64,000 bases of DNA from Callorhinchus milii. Its lineage: Eukaryota. The notes under the pieces were generated by a model. That model saw nothing but the letters and a program-made list of their open reading frames with translations, ran no database searches and was not told the DNA's origin. A program made the translations under genes and the position numbers. Positions 1 through 13,091 of the stretch are shown one piece after another (position 1 is the stretch's first letter; each line of letters starts with the position of its first letter). The stretch covers positions 103,480,001 to 103,544,000 of the forward strand of contig NW_024704743.1 of the NCBI RefSeq assembly GCF_018977255.1. The letters run 5' to 3'.

Positions 1-79
1 CTCTCATGCAGGTGCTTTATACTCATGCAGGGTAGTATTCCAGAGAGCTTGACAGTGACGAAGCATGACTCAGAGCCGG

Positions 80-335
80 GGGCAGGTGACTGTAGGCACG
101 GTCGAGCAGGAAGGTCTTCAGGCGCGACCTGAAAATGGGGAAAGAAGGGGCAAGGCGGAGGGATAGAAAACGTTGATGGGAGCCAATGAGTTCTGGCTTC
201 TGACTAGTCAACATTGAGCTGTATGAAGTTTTCGCTCATCCAGGATCTTATGTCTGCCAGACAAGCAGCAAGAACATCGCCAGACGTGGAGTCGCAGCTG
301 AAGGAGAAGTATACTTGTGTGTCATCTGCGTATAT
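80..335 (-). mobile_element. L2 LINE relic, internally deleted (RT YADD segment joined to ORF2 C-terminus)
   Basis: Reverse strand reads YADDTQVY...LAACLADIRSWMSENFIQLN...LIGSHQR, then jumps to LRLAPSFPIFRSRLKTFLLDRAY, matching both parts of the L2 at 30.6-32.3 kb. Confidence 0.85.
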
Positions 336-864
336 CCACATAATCATAATTCATTATTAAACACCTGATAAGCATGGATTCAAGCTTTTCCTGGATAAAA
401 GCAATAGCAAGAGTAACTCTTTCTGTGCAATATGGGGAGGCACAGAGCAGCACATAAAGTATGCAATTGTATTGCCACCATTCTTATCACAACCAGGATA
501 AATACAGTAATGCATTTAATGGTGAATCCACCAGCACTGCATTGGGATGTCAGCCTAATCTGTAACATCAGAATTATCAAACTACATACCAATTAGGGCA
601 TAGAATCCCAGAGTTTGTGTTTGCTAACCAATATACCAGACCAAATCTTCCATTTGCTTTCGTCTCAGGTTTCACAGTTCCTAGGTCAGTCTTTTGATGA
701 ACATAACTTAATAATAACGCTTGGATTGGATTAAAGCCTTTATAAAATTGAAAAACACTTTCTAAAGTGTCCATAAAGTTAGAAATTGTGTATTTGCAGA
801 CAGCCAATTTGTGAACACCAGTGTTCCCCAAAAACTATGAAGTGAACAATTAATATTTTTACCT

Positions 865-1075
865 AGGGAATTTCTGGCCAGGACACCAGCAGAAACTCCC
901 TTCTCTTTAAACATCCATCTGAAAGGCAGACAGACATTTGAAGGACTGCAACTCCCAACAACACAATGCTCCCTAGATCTATATTGGACTACTCACACAC
1001 ACAAAGTCCCAACATGGGGCTGGAACCTACAACATCTAACTCAGAGGCAGGAGCTCTATTAAGTGAGCCAGATTG
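865..1075 (-). mobile_element. Deu-domain SINE (SacSINE1-like), degraded
   Basis: Reverse complement has the head ctggctcacttaatagagctcctgcctctgagttag and the gtgtcctggcca motif of the 19.65 kb copy. Confidence 0.7.
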
Positions 1076-1254
1076 ATGCGCTTTACCTCAGCGTGGTGGA
1101 GAGAACTATGCAGGATGACCTACAGTGTGACAGTTGCTTTTATATTCTTGAGGTCCAAATTCCATGTGGCTTGACACCAACTGTTTAATTTTGATTACAA
1201 GTGGTTTTGGCAAAGAGAAGTAACAGCCTGCTATGAGGTTAGTTCCATATCAAG

Positions 1255-1573
1255 ATCATCGAATCATAGAATTATACAGCACAGAAGGAGGTCATTCAGC
1301 CCATCTTGTCTGTGCTGGCTCTTTGAAAAGAGTTATCCAATGCAATCCCACTCCCCCGCACTCTCCCCATAGCCCTGCAAACTTGTCCTCCTCAAATAAT
1401 TATCTACTTCTTTCTTAAAAGTTGTTATTGAATCGGCTTTCACCACCCTTTCAGGCAATGCATTCCAGATCCAAACAACTGGCTGTGTGAAAAAATTTCT
1501 CCTCCTCTCCCCTGTGTTTCTTTTAACAACTATTTTAAATCAGTGTCCTTGGGTTACCAACCCACTCACCAGC
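1255..1573 (-). mobile_element. CR1 LINE 3' end (family B)
   Basis: Closely similar to 14,010-14,325 and 30,122-30,420; ends in tctatgattc-type repeats. Confidence 0.85.
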
Positions 1574-2019
1574 GTAAGATGCAGCGTAAGAGTCAGGTAT
1601 TAGCTGTAGCTAAGGCTTTGCCATTGTTTAAGACCTTTATCATGTTTACAAAAATGTGTAGGTGACTGAACGTTGTGTCCTTGCGATCCTGCACTGACCA
1701 GAAGTGAAAAGGAAAACATAGTGCTCCAAATCTTAAAAAAAAACTGATTTTTTGGCTCCTACAACACAGCTTTGTTAGCCTGTCTGGCAAACAGTGCAAC
1801 TAAAGTCTCTTGAATTGTTCTTGTATTTTTCATTGTCTCTTTGTTCAGTGAAGTGAAGCAGACACTCGTTAGAAGGTGTGTGGAAGAAAATGCATGCTGA
1901 ATGCTGTCTCTGAAAGACATACAGTTGAGTGTATCCAATTACATTATTGAGTGTCATACTGAAGTTAGGTAGCATATTGATAAACAAAATATGTCCAAAA
2001 GATAGAAAAACAACCCTTT

Positions 2020-2310
2020 ATTTTGGACAGCTGGTTGTCTGACACAAATTGATGGAAACCCATTATACTGTTTAAGAGTATCCAAGCTACACTGAGATCG
2101 ATGCCACCTAAACAAGAAAATTTCCCTCCTTTTTGAATAGCATGCACACTTCCCCCCCACCCGAAGGGATGCATTTTGCTTACCTAAATCCAGAGAGTAT
2201 TAATTGCGAGAGCCAAGGATTTGGGCCCCCAGAGTTAACATTGGGGTACTGCTGCAATTTAACCAGCTAAATCTCCATACCTTGCCATACATTGAGAGCA
2301 CTATAATTAG
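2020..2310 (+). repeat. Single-arm copy of the unclassified palindromic repeat family
   Basis: gtctgacac...gaaaccc...ttaagagtatcc...agagccaagg...tttaaccagctaaa...ttgagagcact, collinear with 53,255-53,660. Confidence 0.7.
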
Positions 2311-2530
2311 ATATTTATTGTGTTCCAAATCTATATCAAAGGTGCGATATCAAGGATGATACAAAACAGATGATGTTTGAAAAACGTAACACAATTTATC
2401 TTTGTGTATCACTAATAAAATCAATAGACTGATTATTTTTTGTCTGTCTGTGTATTGCACAGTACCAGACAAGCAAGTGATTTGAACTATCCTCAAATAT
2501 AGTTACATGTACCAATGTACAATACTTCAA

Positions 2531-3035
2531 GGTATCAGCTTCACCTCAGTTGATAGCATTCTAGCCTCTGGATCAGAAGGATATGGGTTCAAGTCCTTCA
2601 GCAAGATTTGAGATTATAGTAAATGCTGACACTTTCTGGGCTAGTGTCAGCCTACCTCATTCTGTAGCACCAAATCAAAACATTGTAGATTCAAGCCCCA
2701 CGTTAGCCTTTCAGCTCATAATCTGGGCTGACACTCCAATGCAAAGATAGCAACGAGTTGCATTATTAGATGTGCCTTCCTGTGGATGAGATGTTAAGTT
2801 GCCTGTTCGGGTCGATGTTAAAGATCCCATGTTACAAATCAAAAAGAGAAAGGAATTCATCCTGGTTTCTTGGTCAATAAGCCCCCAGATAAATAGATCA
2901 TTCATCTGACTGTTTGTGGGGTATTACTGTGCCCAAAATGGTTGTTATATCTTCCTACAAACACAATTGTTACAATTGAGAGAAATTACTATGAAGTATT
3001 TTGAAATTAAATTGTATTTAAGAATGCAAGCTCTT
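2531..3035 (+). mobile_element. Deu-domain SINE with a duplicated head
   Basis: tRNA-like heads at 2,531 and ~2,644; Deu-like core gatgagatgttaag...taaagatcccatg; tail aatgcaag. Confidence 0.7.
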
Positions 3036-4594
3036 CCTTTCTAACACAAACTGATATAAGAGATAATACAGTAATAATAGTGCTGGTATAGTTTATTCTA
3101 GTTGTAAATGAAGAAGCAAATAACCAAATATTATATGGATGCATATGCCAACAAATAACAAGGCATTGAGTCATTACTGGCAAGAACACCAAATAGATTA
3201 GATTTTTAATTGACTTACTTAGAACATCAGCATTCATTTCTTCCTTCCAAAGACCTTAACTACTAATTCTTGCTGACCCACTCCACATCATTAGATTCCT
3301 GCAGCAGATCCATACATTTGATATATGTTTGTTGTGTATCAATTGCCTATGAATATTTCGTCATTACACTTCATAGTAAAATTCTGTGAAGCGCTTTGAG
3401 ACATCTCGATGACATGATAAGGCTCTGTATCAAAGGCAAGGATCATTAAGATGAATACTAATTTGATTCAAAACACTAGTGACCAAATTAAAATTTGTAT
3501 GTGCATTGGCTAATATTATTTCTCACAATTTGGGATTTATAAGGATAAATATGTTATATCCTGTAGGCAGTACTATGTGATGTGATTCAATGTGATTAAT
3601 TATTTCCTAATGCAAACACACTTATCAAATGATTTGAGTATTCTGGCAGTTGTCTCTTGAGTATGAACTGTTCAAAATTACAGCGAGATCAGTCTACAAT
3701 TGTGTGTTCTCAAGAACGAAAGGCAATTGCCTGCTGGCAATTGCCAACTCAAGGATTAAGCTCATCTGAAGCAACATGATAATTTCCATTATTGGGGATA
3801 AAACCTGGTCAACAAAGATCAATGTAAAAATTCACTTTTACACCCAACAACTTTTTTCTTGGTATAAATCAATTTAGATTTATACGAGAATCCTTTAAAA
3901 TATGCATTCCATATTAAATTAATTACAAAAGCAGTGTTATTGTATTGCTTAGTTCCTCTAAATGATATATTTCATGCTATTTCTGTTGAATATATTTAGA
4001 TTTTCTTCAATTGACTATAGCCTGAGTCATTGAAATAACATTTTCTATTTTTATGAGTAAACATTGTTTTAACAAACCCATTTTTTATTAATATATTTTA
4101 TTCAGCATCAACCTTATTATTAGATATGGATAAGAACTTCCCTACTTTTAGCAGATGTGGCATCTGAAATAGGGAGCTGTTCATGATCATAAGGGACTTG
4201 ATCCACTTATATGAATTGCAGACAGAGATAAAGCTTCAGAAGGCTTTTACAATCTACTGGTCAGAATCATTTGAACTTGCAGCACAGTAATGTTGGCAAA
4301 TTAGATTTGCAATAATTAGTGTGATTGTAGTGAAAAGTGACAGGTTAAATACGTTGTATACTTTTTTCCAATGTAAACGTGACAAAAATACTCAGGATGG
4401 AATATGCCATGGGAAGACCAGATAAGATTTATCATCATCTTGCCATTGGCATTCTAACAACTTAAATATATTAAAACAATAAAATAGCTCCTTTCTTCTT
4501 TGGTCTATACAGAGTTGCTCTAAAATGATAAGCTTCATATCACCCAAATTATAGAGAGAGGGATTAACTTTTGGTGTCCGTTTAGTCATTATTC

Positions 4595-4893
4595 TTGGCT
4601 GCTGCGTTTTACCCACAAAATATACAGTCGCTACACTTTACAGTATATTCTTTGGAGTGCTTTGAAATGTCTAGAAGCTTGGAAAAGCGCTATATCAAAT
4701 ACAAGAATTATTATTAATATCATGTTTATTCAATCCATGATATTTGTAAGACACTGCTGCACAAATAGCTGCCATGTTTCACCCACAAATTATACAGTCA
4801 CTACATTTTACAGTATATTCTGTGAAGTGCTTTGAGACATCTAAAAGACGTGAAAAGCTCTATATCAAATGCAAGGATCATTATTATTATTAT
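4595..4893 (+). mobile_element. Two tandem SINE 3' halves
   Basis: Two consecutive cccacaaa..tatacagtc..ctatatcaaat(a/g)caag(att)n units. Confidence 0.8.
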
Positions 4894-6410
4894 TCTGTTT
4901 ATACACAAGATCATTTTTAATTGTCAATTAATTCTGGACCAGATAAAACTCCAATATGCAGGTCTGTCATCACAGAGGTGAAAATTTGATATTTCCTAAC
5001 CAATTCAATGTGGTAATTGTTAATGAAACATTTCATTTTTCCCCATTCTCTCCAGATAAAATTAGTCTTTTGCTTCATGGCTGTTTGTGGGACATTGCTG
5101 TAGACTATTTGGCTGATGTGTTCACCTATAACTACAGTTACTTGATTTTACAGAAAATCCTATGAAGCAGCTTTCAACAAAACACTAAGGTGCTAAATCA
5201 AATGCAAGGATTATTATTACAGATACACTTNAAAAACACTGAATCAAATAAACATCTTTTTAACTCTGTGAAAATGCTTTTATTTTAAACATAACTTTGC
5301 TAATCAATTGAGATTTCCAAATGTTATGCAGTTTAACATAAAATAATTAGCACTATAATTGGAAAATCACCTGGAAAACTTTAGCACCACATCAGCAATG
5401 TCTCAGTTAACCACATTGGTTTGGATGAAGAAGACCCCTTGGCCCATTTGATCCCATCCTTCCACTATACCCTCTCTACTGTCTTCGCATCTTGAAACTT
5501 CTTCCCTCTACCCTCTTGTCCTCTCTCTATCTGTCTTTAGGTTCCATCAGAAAATTTACGTTTTCAACCGCACTTATGGTCACGCTACCCTTCCCCACTC
5601 GCCACTCCCCTCTCCCTTGCTCGTTGTCCTACCCTGTAACGTGCTCCAAGACATCATGCTGCGAGAAGGGGGTGCTACATCAGTGCAAGTTGTTGTTGCT
5701 GTCTAGCTAGACTAAATACAATTAATTCTGGATTAAATCTTTGATGTAAATCTCTGAGTAAAGAATATTTGAGTTCTACATCTACCGCCAGACGTGCTGA
5801 CTCACCAAAGTAACTTATCTGGTTGTAGATCTTTAGTATCCTGTAGCTGCACAACAATTAGATTCTGAAACATTTTAGAAATTTTATTTGCTTCAGCTCC
5901 TTAGAGACTCAGAACATAAAACGCATTGAAGTTTTAAAACTCTTTTTAAATGTTTCTTTCCTATAACATGAGAATAAGAATATGGGTTGCCATTATGCGT
6001 GAAATAAATCAATATTCTTATTATTCCAGTAATACTTTGTTCCTAGGTTGTTTTCAACAAGAAATATTTTCCCAGATATTTTGTCGATGGTGTATGGATT
6101 TTGACTATGAGATCTCAGAAAAGACCCACTTTGATAACAAGATCTCAGTTCTAACTTTAATTGTATCTCGATTACCATTCAGTTAAATTTCCATTCGTTT
6201 GTTTAAATTGAGGAACCTCAGCGAAGAGCCAAGCTGCATAATACAGGACAACCACACTAGAGGAGAAGACAAGAGACATCAAAAACTATTAGTCAGTTTG
6301 TGTACGAAAGAGACAAATTATGCCACTGAGGCCTTCTTCATGTTTTGATAAAACTCTGTGATGGAATTGTGGCTACGTGTGCACATTAGGCTCTGTCTGA
6401 CCGTAATCTG

Positions 6411-6732
6411 GAGTCGTGTAGCTCAGTGGTTAGAGCACTCGCTTTGCAAGCGAGAGACCTGAGTTCAATTCCAGGCAGGACGAAACCTTGGGCAAGTTTC
6501 CTTACTCCACACGCCTAATAATAATCCCTCCAAAACCAAAAACAATAATAAATTGGTCATTTTCAATCTACGACTGTTTGTGGGACATTGCTGTGTGCAA
6601 TTGGCTGCTGCGTTCGCCCACAAATATACAGTCAATTCACTTAACAGTGTGTTCTGTGAAGCGCTTTGGGACGTCCTCCCGACGTGAAAAGTGCTGTATC
6701 AAATGCAAGGATGATTATTATTAGTAGTAGTA
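6411..6732 (+). mobile_element. Young tRNA-derived SINE, full length, L2-type tail
   Basis: A box tagctcagtgg, B box gttcaattcc, anticodon-like arm ctcgc-tttgcaa-gcgag, tail gggacgtcctcccgacgtgaaaa; 8-bp TSD gtaatctg at 6,403-6,410 and 6,733-6,740. Confidence 0.95.
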
Positions 6733-7308
6733 GTAATCTGTGTTGCAGTAATTAAGAGAAAACTTGCTGAATATATGAAGGAGAAAGGAATAGAAAGAGT
6801 TTGGGAGGGGTGGAGGATTTTGTGGAGTAACATCAACAACATGGACTAGTTGAACCGAGTGTAAAATATGTAATATTCAGATATCTCACATTTATAGTAT
6901 TTTAATACTTGGTAAATTACTCAGATTTGATCATTTTTTGCCATTATGTTTCTTTAAAGCTTGTAAATTTTTAACCAATTTGAAAAAATTACATTAATTT
7001 CCAATGAAGGAACTAATGAAAGATTGCACCAGAAATTTGTCTTTGAATGAAAATCTCAGTGACCAGAATTAGACGATTGCTCAAACCTAGTAGCGTCTAA
7101 TTAAACATCCCATTCTGTCGATTAAGATCATTTTTATTTGAAGTTCAACATTACTTCAGTTGTTCTCATATATTAGTTTCAGGGCATTGTTGAGGAGGTC
7201 ATATATTCTTGTACATAATTTGCGCAACAGTAATTCTGTGCTCCAGAATAGATAAGACTTGAGTTGCTGCAAGTCTGTAACAAACTGTTGCACCATCACA
7301 TCATTTGT

Positions 7309-7790
7309 TGTCAGCCTGGCTCGATTGCTAGCACTCTCACCTCTGAGTCAGAAAGTTCGTGGGATGAAGCCCCACATCGGCTTAAAAAAAGTTACGCTTG
7401 AACAAAGTCCCCTCACATCAGCCTTTGAACTTAAATAGTCTGTAGGCTGACACTTGAAAGGAATGCTGGGGTGCATTGCATTGTTGAAGGCTCTATCTCT
7501 CAGATGACACATCAAACCAAGGTCCTCTCTGTCTGTTCAGGTGGACTTAAAGATCCCAAAGTACAATCTGAATACAGAAGAGTATTTCTATGCTATCCTG
7601 GCCAACAAGCCCCCAAATGAAATGTGTCATTCACTTCTTAGATGTTTATGAGCTATCGCTGTGTGCAAACGGGGGGCCACATTTGCCTCCATATACATAG
7701 TCACTACAATTTACAGTAAAAACCCGTGAAGCACTTTGAGACATCTCCTGATGTGAATGGCGCAAGACCAAATACAAGCATTATTATTAT
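7309..7790 (+). mobile_element. Deu-domain SINE, near full length
   Basis: Head gtcagcctggctcgattgctagcactctcacctctgagtcagaa, Deu core, (att)n tail. Confidence 0.8.
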
Positions 7791-7994
7791 TTTTATTTAA
7801 AACCATCCTATCAGCTAGGATTTTAGCTTGCAGGGTTATTGACCGTCCAAACAAACAAGTTACAATGATGATCCAACAACAACACAACTTGCATTTATAT
7901 AGCACCCTCTACGCAGGTAGTACCTTGGAACATTTAACAGCAGTGTGGTTTGAAGTTAATCCAGAGACTGGTGAACATTAACCAGATTTTCAAT

Positions 7995-8290
7995 TGGTGA
8001 AGGTTCAGACCCCATGTCCAGACTTTGAACTTGCAGTCTAGTTTGATATTCAAATACAGTGAGAGAGAGTGTTGTATTGTTTGAGGTGATGTTCTTTGGA
8101 TGAGACATTAAACCAAGGTTCCATCTGCCTGTTCAGGTGGATGTTATAGTTCTGTGGCACTATTCAAAAAGAGAAGGGAGTTTCTCTAGTGTCCTGGCAA
8201 ACAGTCTCTCAAATACAATTGGTAATTTTATGGCCATTTGTAGGATATTGCAGTGTGCAAATTGTCTGTTGTGTTCACTTACAAAAATAT
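7995..8290 (+). mobile_element. Deu-domain SINE, partial
   Basis: gatgagacattaaaccaagg...caggtggatg...ggcactatt...gtgtcctggc. Confidence 0.75.
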
Positions 8291-9939
8291 AATGCTGGAA
8301 AAAATGCATGTATGTAGTTTTAATGTTCAATTGTACATATGAAATAATAATAATTAATAATCCTTGCATCTGATTTAGCACCTTTCTTTTTGAGAGGACA
8401 TTTCAAAGCACTTCATAGGATTTACTGTAAAGTATAATGACTGTCCATTTTGTCGACAAATGGTTAACAAAGGGTAATCACACATGGCACTATATAAATG
8501 TAATCTTCTTGTTGTTAAAGGATGAGGACTTTCACTGTATAGGTGGTATGCCCTGTGCTGTATTACTGCATGCTGAACCACCGATGCGTTTGTATGTTTT
8601 ATTTTACTGTTGATTAGTTGACAAAATACTTCAGGTCAAGTAGTCTCATACTGACAGAAACATGAGTATTTTACAAATATTGGTGCTGGAATCCTGTTAC
8701 GAATAAGTATGAAATTAATTGTTGATCCTATTTCTTAAATAAAGAACATTGGAATATTATATTATTTGCCCACTTTGACACATCAAAGAGGATTTAAAGA
8801 AAAGCAACAAGATTATTCTGGTGTATGGGGTGAACATTTGTGATGAGAAGCTTGCAGAGCTGAACCGTTAACTCAGGAGACTAGATTGAGAAGAAAATAA
8901 TAAATGTGTTTAAATGCAGTAAATTGTAGATGTAAGCATGGCTATCTAATCCACTCTAAGATGTCAACTCTGGAGGAAAAAGGTAAAAAAATAATAAATT
9001 GGTAAATTAATAAATAAGACTCTATTTATAAATAAGACTTATTAAATGAGATATTTTTAGGAGTAGTGGATGTGCGGGACAAACTCTCAATACATACAAT
9101 TCTGCTGATTAATCCCAAACAGAACTGGGTAAATAATTGCGAGGAAGTTATAAACATAGATTCAGACCGAGGTGAATGTACTATTTCTGTGCTTTGGTTC
9201 TTGGGAGTATTGTCCGAGATGAGAGGTACTCTAGGGTTCTGTATTTGCGACATAAGAATAGATAAATGTTGTAGAATGTTGGCTGGTTTGGGTTATGGTC
9301 AGTTTCTTATCGAGTTCCCACACAGATACCCAAGAGGTTGAATGGGTGAATCAAGCTAATGATAAGTTGTGCTTTCAATGGAAGGAGCAGTTTGATGGGC
9401 TAAATTCAATTTTCGTGTTCTGTTCCTTTGTTCTTTCTTACATGTGGTATACTTTAAACTTATGTTGAATGCAAGAGAGAAATATTTTGTTTACATCCAC
9501 GTACAATTGTGCGCTCAGAATTCAATGTGGGCAAAATCCATTTGCATGCTGTCTCCAGATGTGTCAGAATTCTAAAAAGTATTTAAAAGCAATGATGTCA
9601 GTCATATTGACTTTAGTCTGATAGCTTCCATTAATCTTCAGCACACTGTTGATGTTTCTTCATCCAAGGACATTATTCTTTTGGAGACCAGCAAAAACTA
9701 ATGCTCGTCTGTCAGAGTCCATCTTGTTTTAAATGTAGAAGAAATGTATGAAAAATTGACCTGGTTGAATTAGGTCAGTTTTGTTACCATTCCTATTTAA
9801 TGAACTGAAAATGTAATCTTTGGTGCTTTTTTTTTTGCCGCTTACATTTTTTATAATTGTCCTGCCTCCAAAACATATAATGGAATTAGATTGGTAGATG
9901 AATAAAATCAATGATTTTAAAATTCAATAGAACTTTTTT

Positions 9940-10315
9940 GGCGGGTCAGTTGGGTGCTTCGACACAAGAAGAAACCCATCTGCATGCTTAAGAGTGTCTA
10001 AACCAGATAGAGTTCCATGCATGCTACCTAATAGAAATTCCTGTGTCTGGAATATGTATAGTCTTCCTGGAGGGACAAACCATGCTTACATAATTGCAGA
10101 GTGTATCTAGGCACAAATTGACAGAACCCAATCAGGGTTCCCCAGAATGTGAGTTGGGTACTGCTGGTGTTTAACCAGCTAAAACTGCATACGGTAGTTT
10201 GCTATTGAGAATACTATCTGGGAAGCTTTCCACTGTTTGTCTAGCTAGAACCACTCTACCCACTGGGTTTAGAAGAGCTGAGTGGGAAGTATTCCTGTTC
10301 TCAGTGACCAACTCA
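9940..10315 (+). repeat. Single-arm copy of the unclassified palindromic repeat family
   Basis: gacac..gaaacccatc..gcttaagagtgtctaaacc..gagttccatgcat..ctgggaagctttccc..gagctgagtgggaag, collinear with the reverse complement of 55,930-56,340. Confidence 0.8.
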
Positions 10316-10732
10316 ATACGACAAAAAAAAGCATGAGTAGCATTGATTATATTAGTTAGAAAAAAATAAAAATTAAAGTTAAAACAAAAATTGGAGAAAA
10401 ATTGGAGGGTGGGAAGGTTACAGTTACAGTTAGAAGTAGACCAGCAAAACTAAGAACGATGAAGGTGCTAGAGCAGATAAGCGAGGGAGATAAACAGAGT
10501 GTGTCAAGGAGGGGCAAGAAGCTCAGCAAAGAAAATAGGGCATTAGCGAGTAGGGCAAATAGCAAGAAGTCAAAATTAAAGGAGCTATATCTGAATGCAC
10601 GAAGCATTCGTAATAAGGTAGACAAATTAATGACACAAAAAGAAACAAATGGGTATGATCTAATAGCCATTACTAAGATGTGGTTACAGGGAGTTCAAGG
10701 ATGGGAGCTAAATATTCCAGGTATTCGGCATA

Positions 10733-11056
10733 TAACAATAATAATAATAATCCTTGCATTTGATATAGCGCTTTTCACGTCGGGAGGATGTCCCAAAGCG
10801 CTTCACAGAACACATTATAAAGTGAATTGACTGTATATTTGTGGGCGAACGCGGCAGCCAATTGCACACAGCAATGTCCCACAAACAGTCATAGATTGAA
10901 AATGACCAATTTAATTATTGTTTTTGGTTGTTTGGAGGGATTATTATTAGGTGTGTGGAGTAAGGAAACTTGCCCGAGGTTTCGCCCTGCCTGGAATTGA
11001 ACTCAGGTCTCTCGCTTGCAAAGCGAGAGCTCTAACCACTGAGCTACAGGACTCCA
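10733..11056 (-). mobile_element. Young tRNA-derived SINE nested in the CR1
   Basis: Reverse complement of the 6.4 kb family; interrupts the APE domain. Confidence 0.95.
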
Positions 11057-12171
11057 CAGAAAACTAGATGGGGGGGTAGCCCTGCTAATAAAGGATGGGA
11101 TAAGAACACTAGAGAGGAAGGAATTTAAATCAGAAAATCAGGATGTAGTGTCAATATGGGTAGAATTCCGAAATAACAAGGGACAGAAAACCCTAGTGGG
11201 AGTAGTTTATAGACCCCCAAACAGCAGTCACAGTATTGCGCAGAGTATTAACCATGAAATTAGAGGAGCATGTAGCAAGGGTAATACATTAATAGTGGGT
11301 GATTTTAATCTTCACATAGATTGGAAAAAACAAATTGGCAAAGGTAAATTAGAGGATGAGGTTATAGAATGCATTAGAGATAGTTTTCCAGAACAGTATG
11401 CTGAGGAACCAACCAGGGAACAGGCTATCCTAGATCTTGTTTTGAGTAATGAAAGAGAGCTAATCAGCAATCTGGAAGTTAAACTCCTCTAGGGCAGAGT
11501 GAGTGTAACATGATGGAATTTAGCATTAAGTTAGAGAGTGATGTAGTTAAGTCCGAAACAAGGGTCTTATATTTAAATGAGCCAACTTTGCAGGTATGAG
11601 AGAGGATTTAGCTAAGATAGACTGGGGAATTAGATTAAAGGATATGACAGTAGAGCAGCAATGGCAAACCTTTAAATATATAGTACATAATTCTCAGCGA
11701 TCACATATTCCCTTGAGGAATAAAAATACCACGGGAAAAGTGGTTCAACCATGGCTAACTAGAACAGTTAGGGAAAGTATAAAATTAAAAGAAGAGACCC
11801 ATAACACTGCCAAAAAGAGCAATACACCCGAGGATTGGGAGGGCTTCAGAGACCAACAAAGGAAAACTAAGAAACTGATTAGGAGGGAGAAAATGGATTA
11901 TGAGGGCAAACTAGCTAGGAACATAAAGACAGACTGCAAGAGTTTTTACAAATACATAAAGAGGAAGAGACTATCAAAAGTGATTGTGGGTCCATTACAG
12001 GCAGAGACAGGAGGAATTATAATGGGGGATAAAGATATGGCATAGTCATTAAACAAATACTTTTCTTCTGTCTTCACGTTAGAAGTCACTGAAAACTTAC
12101 CAAAAATAGAGGGGAACCAAGAAGCTAATGCTAGTGAGCAACTTAGGGAAATTAACATCAGTAATGAATTA

Positions 12172-13091
12172 TTTCCTACCTGCCTGTCTGACATTGAGTC
12201 CTGGACGAGAGACAACTTTCTTCAGCTCAATGTGCACAAAACTGAGGCCCTCCTGATTGACTCACGTCAGTGCCTCCGCACCTCAGGCGCTGACAGCATC
12301 AGCATCCAAGGCTGCACTCTCCACCTCTCAAAGCCAGTCAGGAACCTCGGTGCTCTGTTCGACCCTGAGCTGTCCTTTCTTCCCCACATCCGCGCCACAA
12401 CTGGCACCGCCTTCCACCACCTCCAGAATATTGCCAAACTACGCCACTACCTCACCCCTCACGCTGCTGAAACACTGGTCCACGCCTTTATCACCTCAAG
12501 GCTGGACTACAAGAACTCTCCTCACCGGCCTTCCTGGCACCTCGCTCCACAAGCTGCAGGTCATTCAGAACTCTGCAGCTCGTGTGCTGTTCCACACCAG
12601 GCTTCGCGACCACTTCACTCCCACCCTCGCTCGCCTCCATTGGCTCCCCATCCCCCAGAGGATCGAATTCAAGATCCTTATCCTCACCTACAAGGCCATT
12701 CACGGCTTTGCACCCTCCTACCTCTCCGACCTACTATCCCCCTCCGTTTCTCTGGCTCTGGTCTGCTCCACATCCCCCGCCCTAACCGTCCTACCATCAG
12801 TGGCCGGGCCTTCAGCCTCTCAGCCCCTAGGCTCTGGAACTCCAACCCCCAGTGCCATCGCCTTGCTTTCTCCCTTTCCTCCTTCAAGGCCAGTCTCAAG
12901 ACCTTTCTCTTCAACCATGCCTTCAGCTCCCCTCTCTACTCTCTACCCCCTCCTCGCTCTCTCCCTTCCCTCCCCTCATCTTGACCATTTCCCCCCCTTC
13001 TCGGGTCCCAACCCAACTATCCAGCACTTTGGGACGTCTTCCCAACATGAAAGGCGCTCTATAAATGAAATCTGGTTGTTGTTCTTGTTGT
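12172..13091 (+). mobile_element. 5'-truncated L2 LINE nested in the CR1
   Basis: [36 protein letters not shown]; (gtt)n tail; TSD tgaatta at 12,165-12,171 and 13,092-13,098. Confidence 0.95.

Noticed and set aside
3722..3745. Two GGCAATTGCC palindromes in tandem
   Set aside because: Too short; explained by a 14-bp micro-duplication
5231..5231. Single N base
   Set aside because: Sequencing ambiguity or assembly join, not a biological feature
6411..6481. tRNA-Ala-like gene
   Set aside because: The T-stem has mismatches, there is no T-run terminator, and it reads into a SINE body with tail and TSD; multiple dispersed copies
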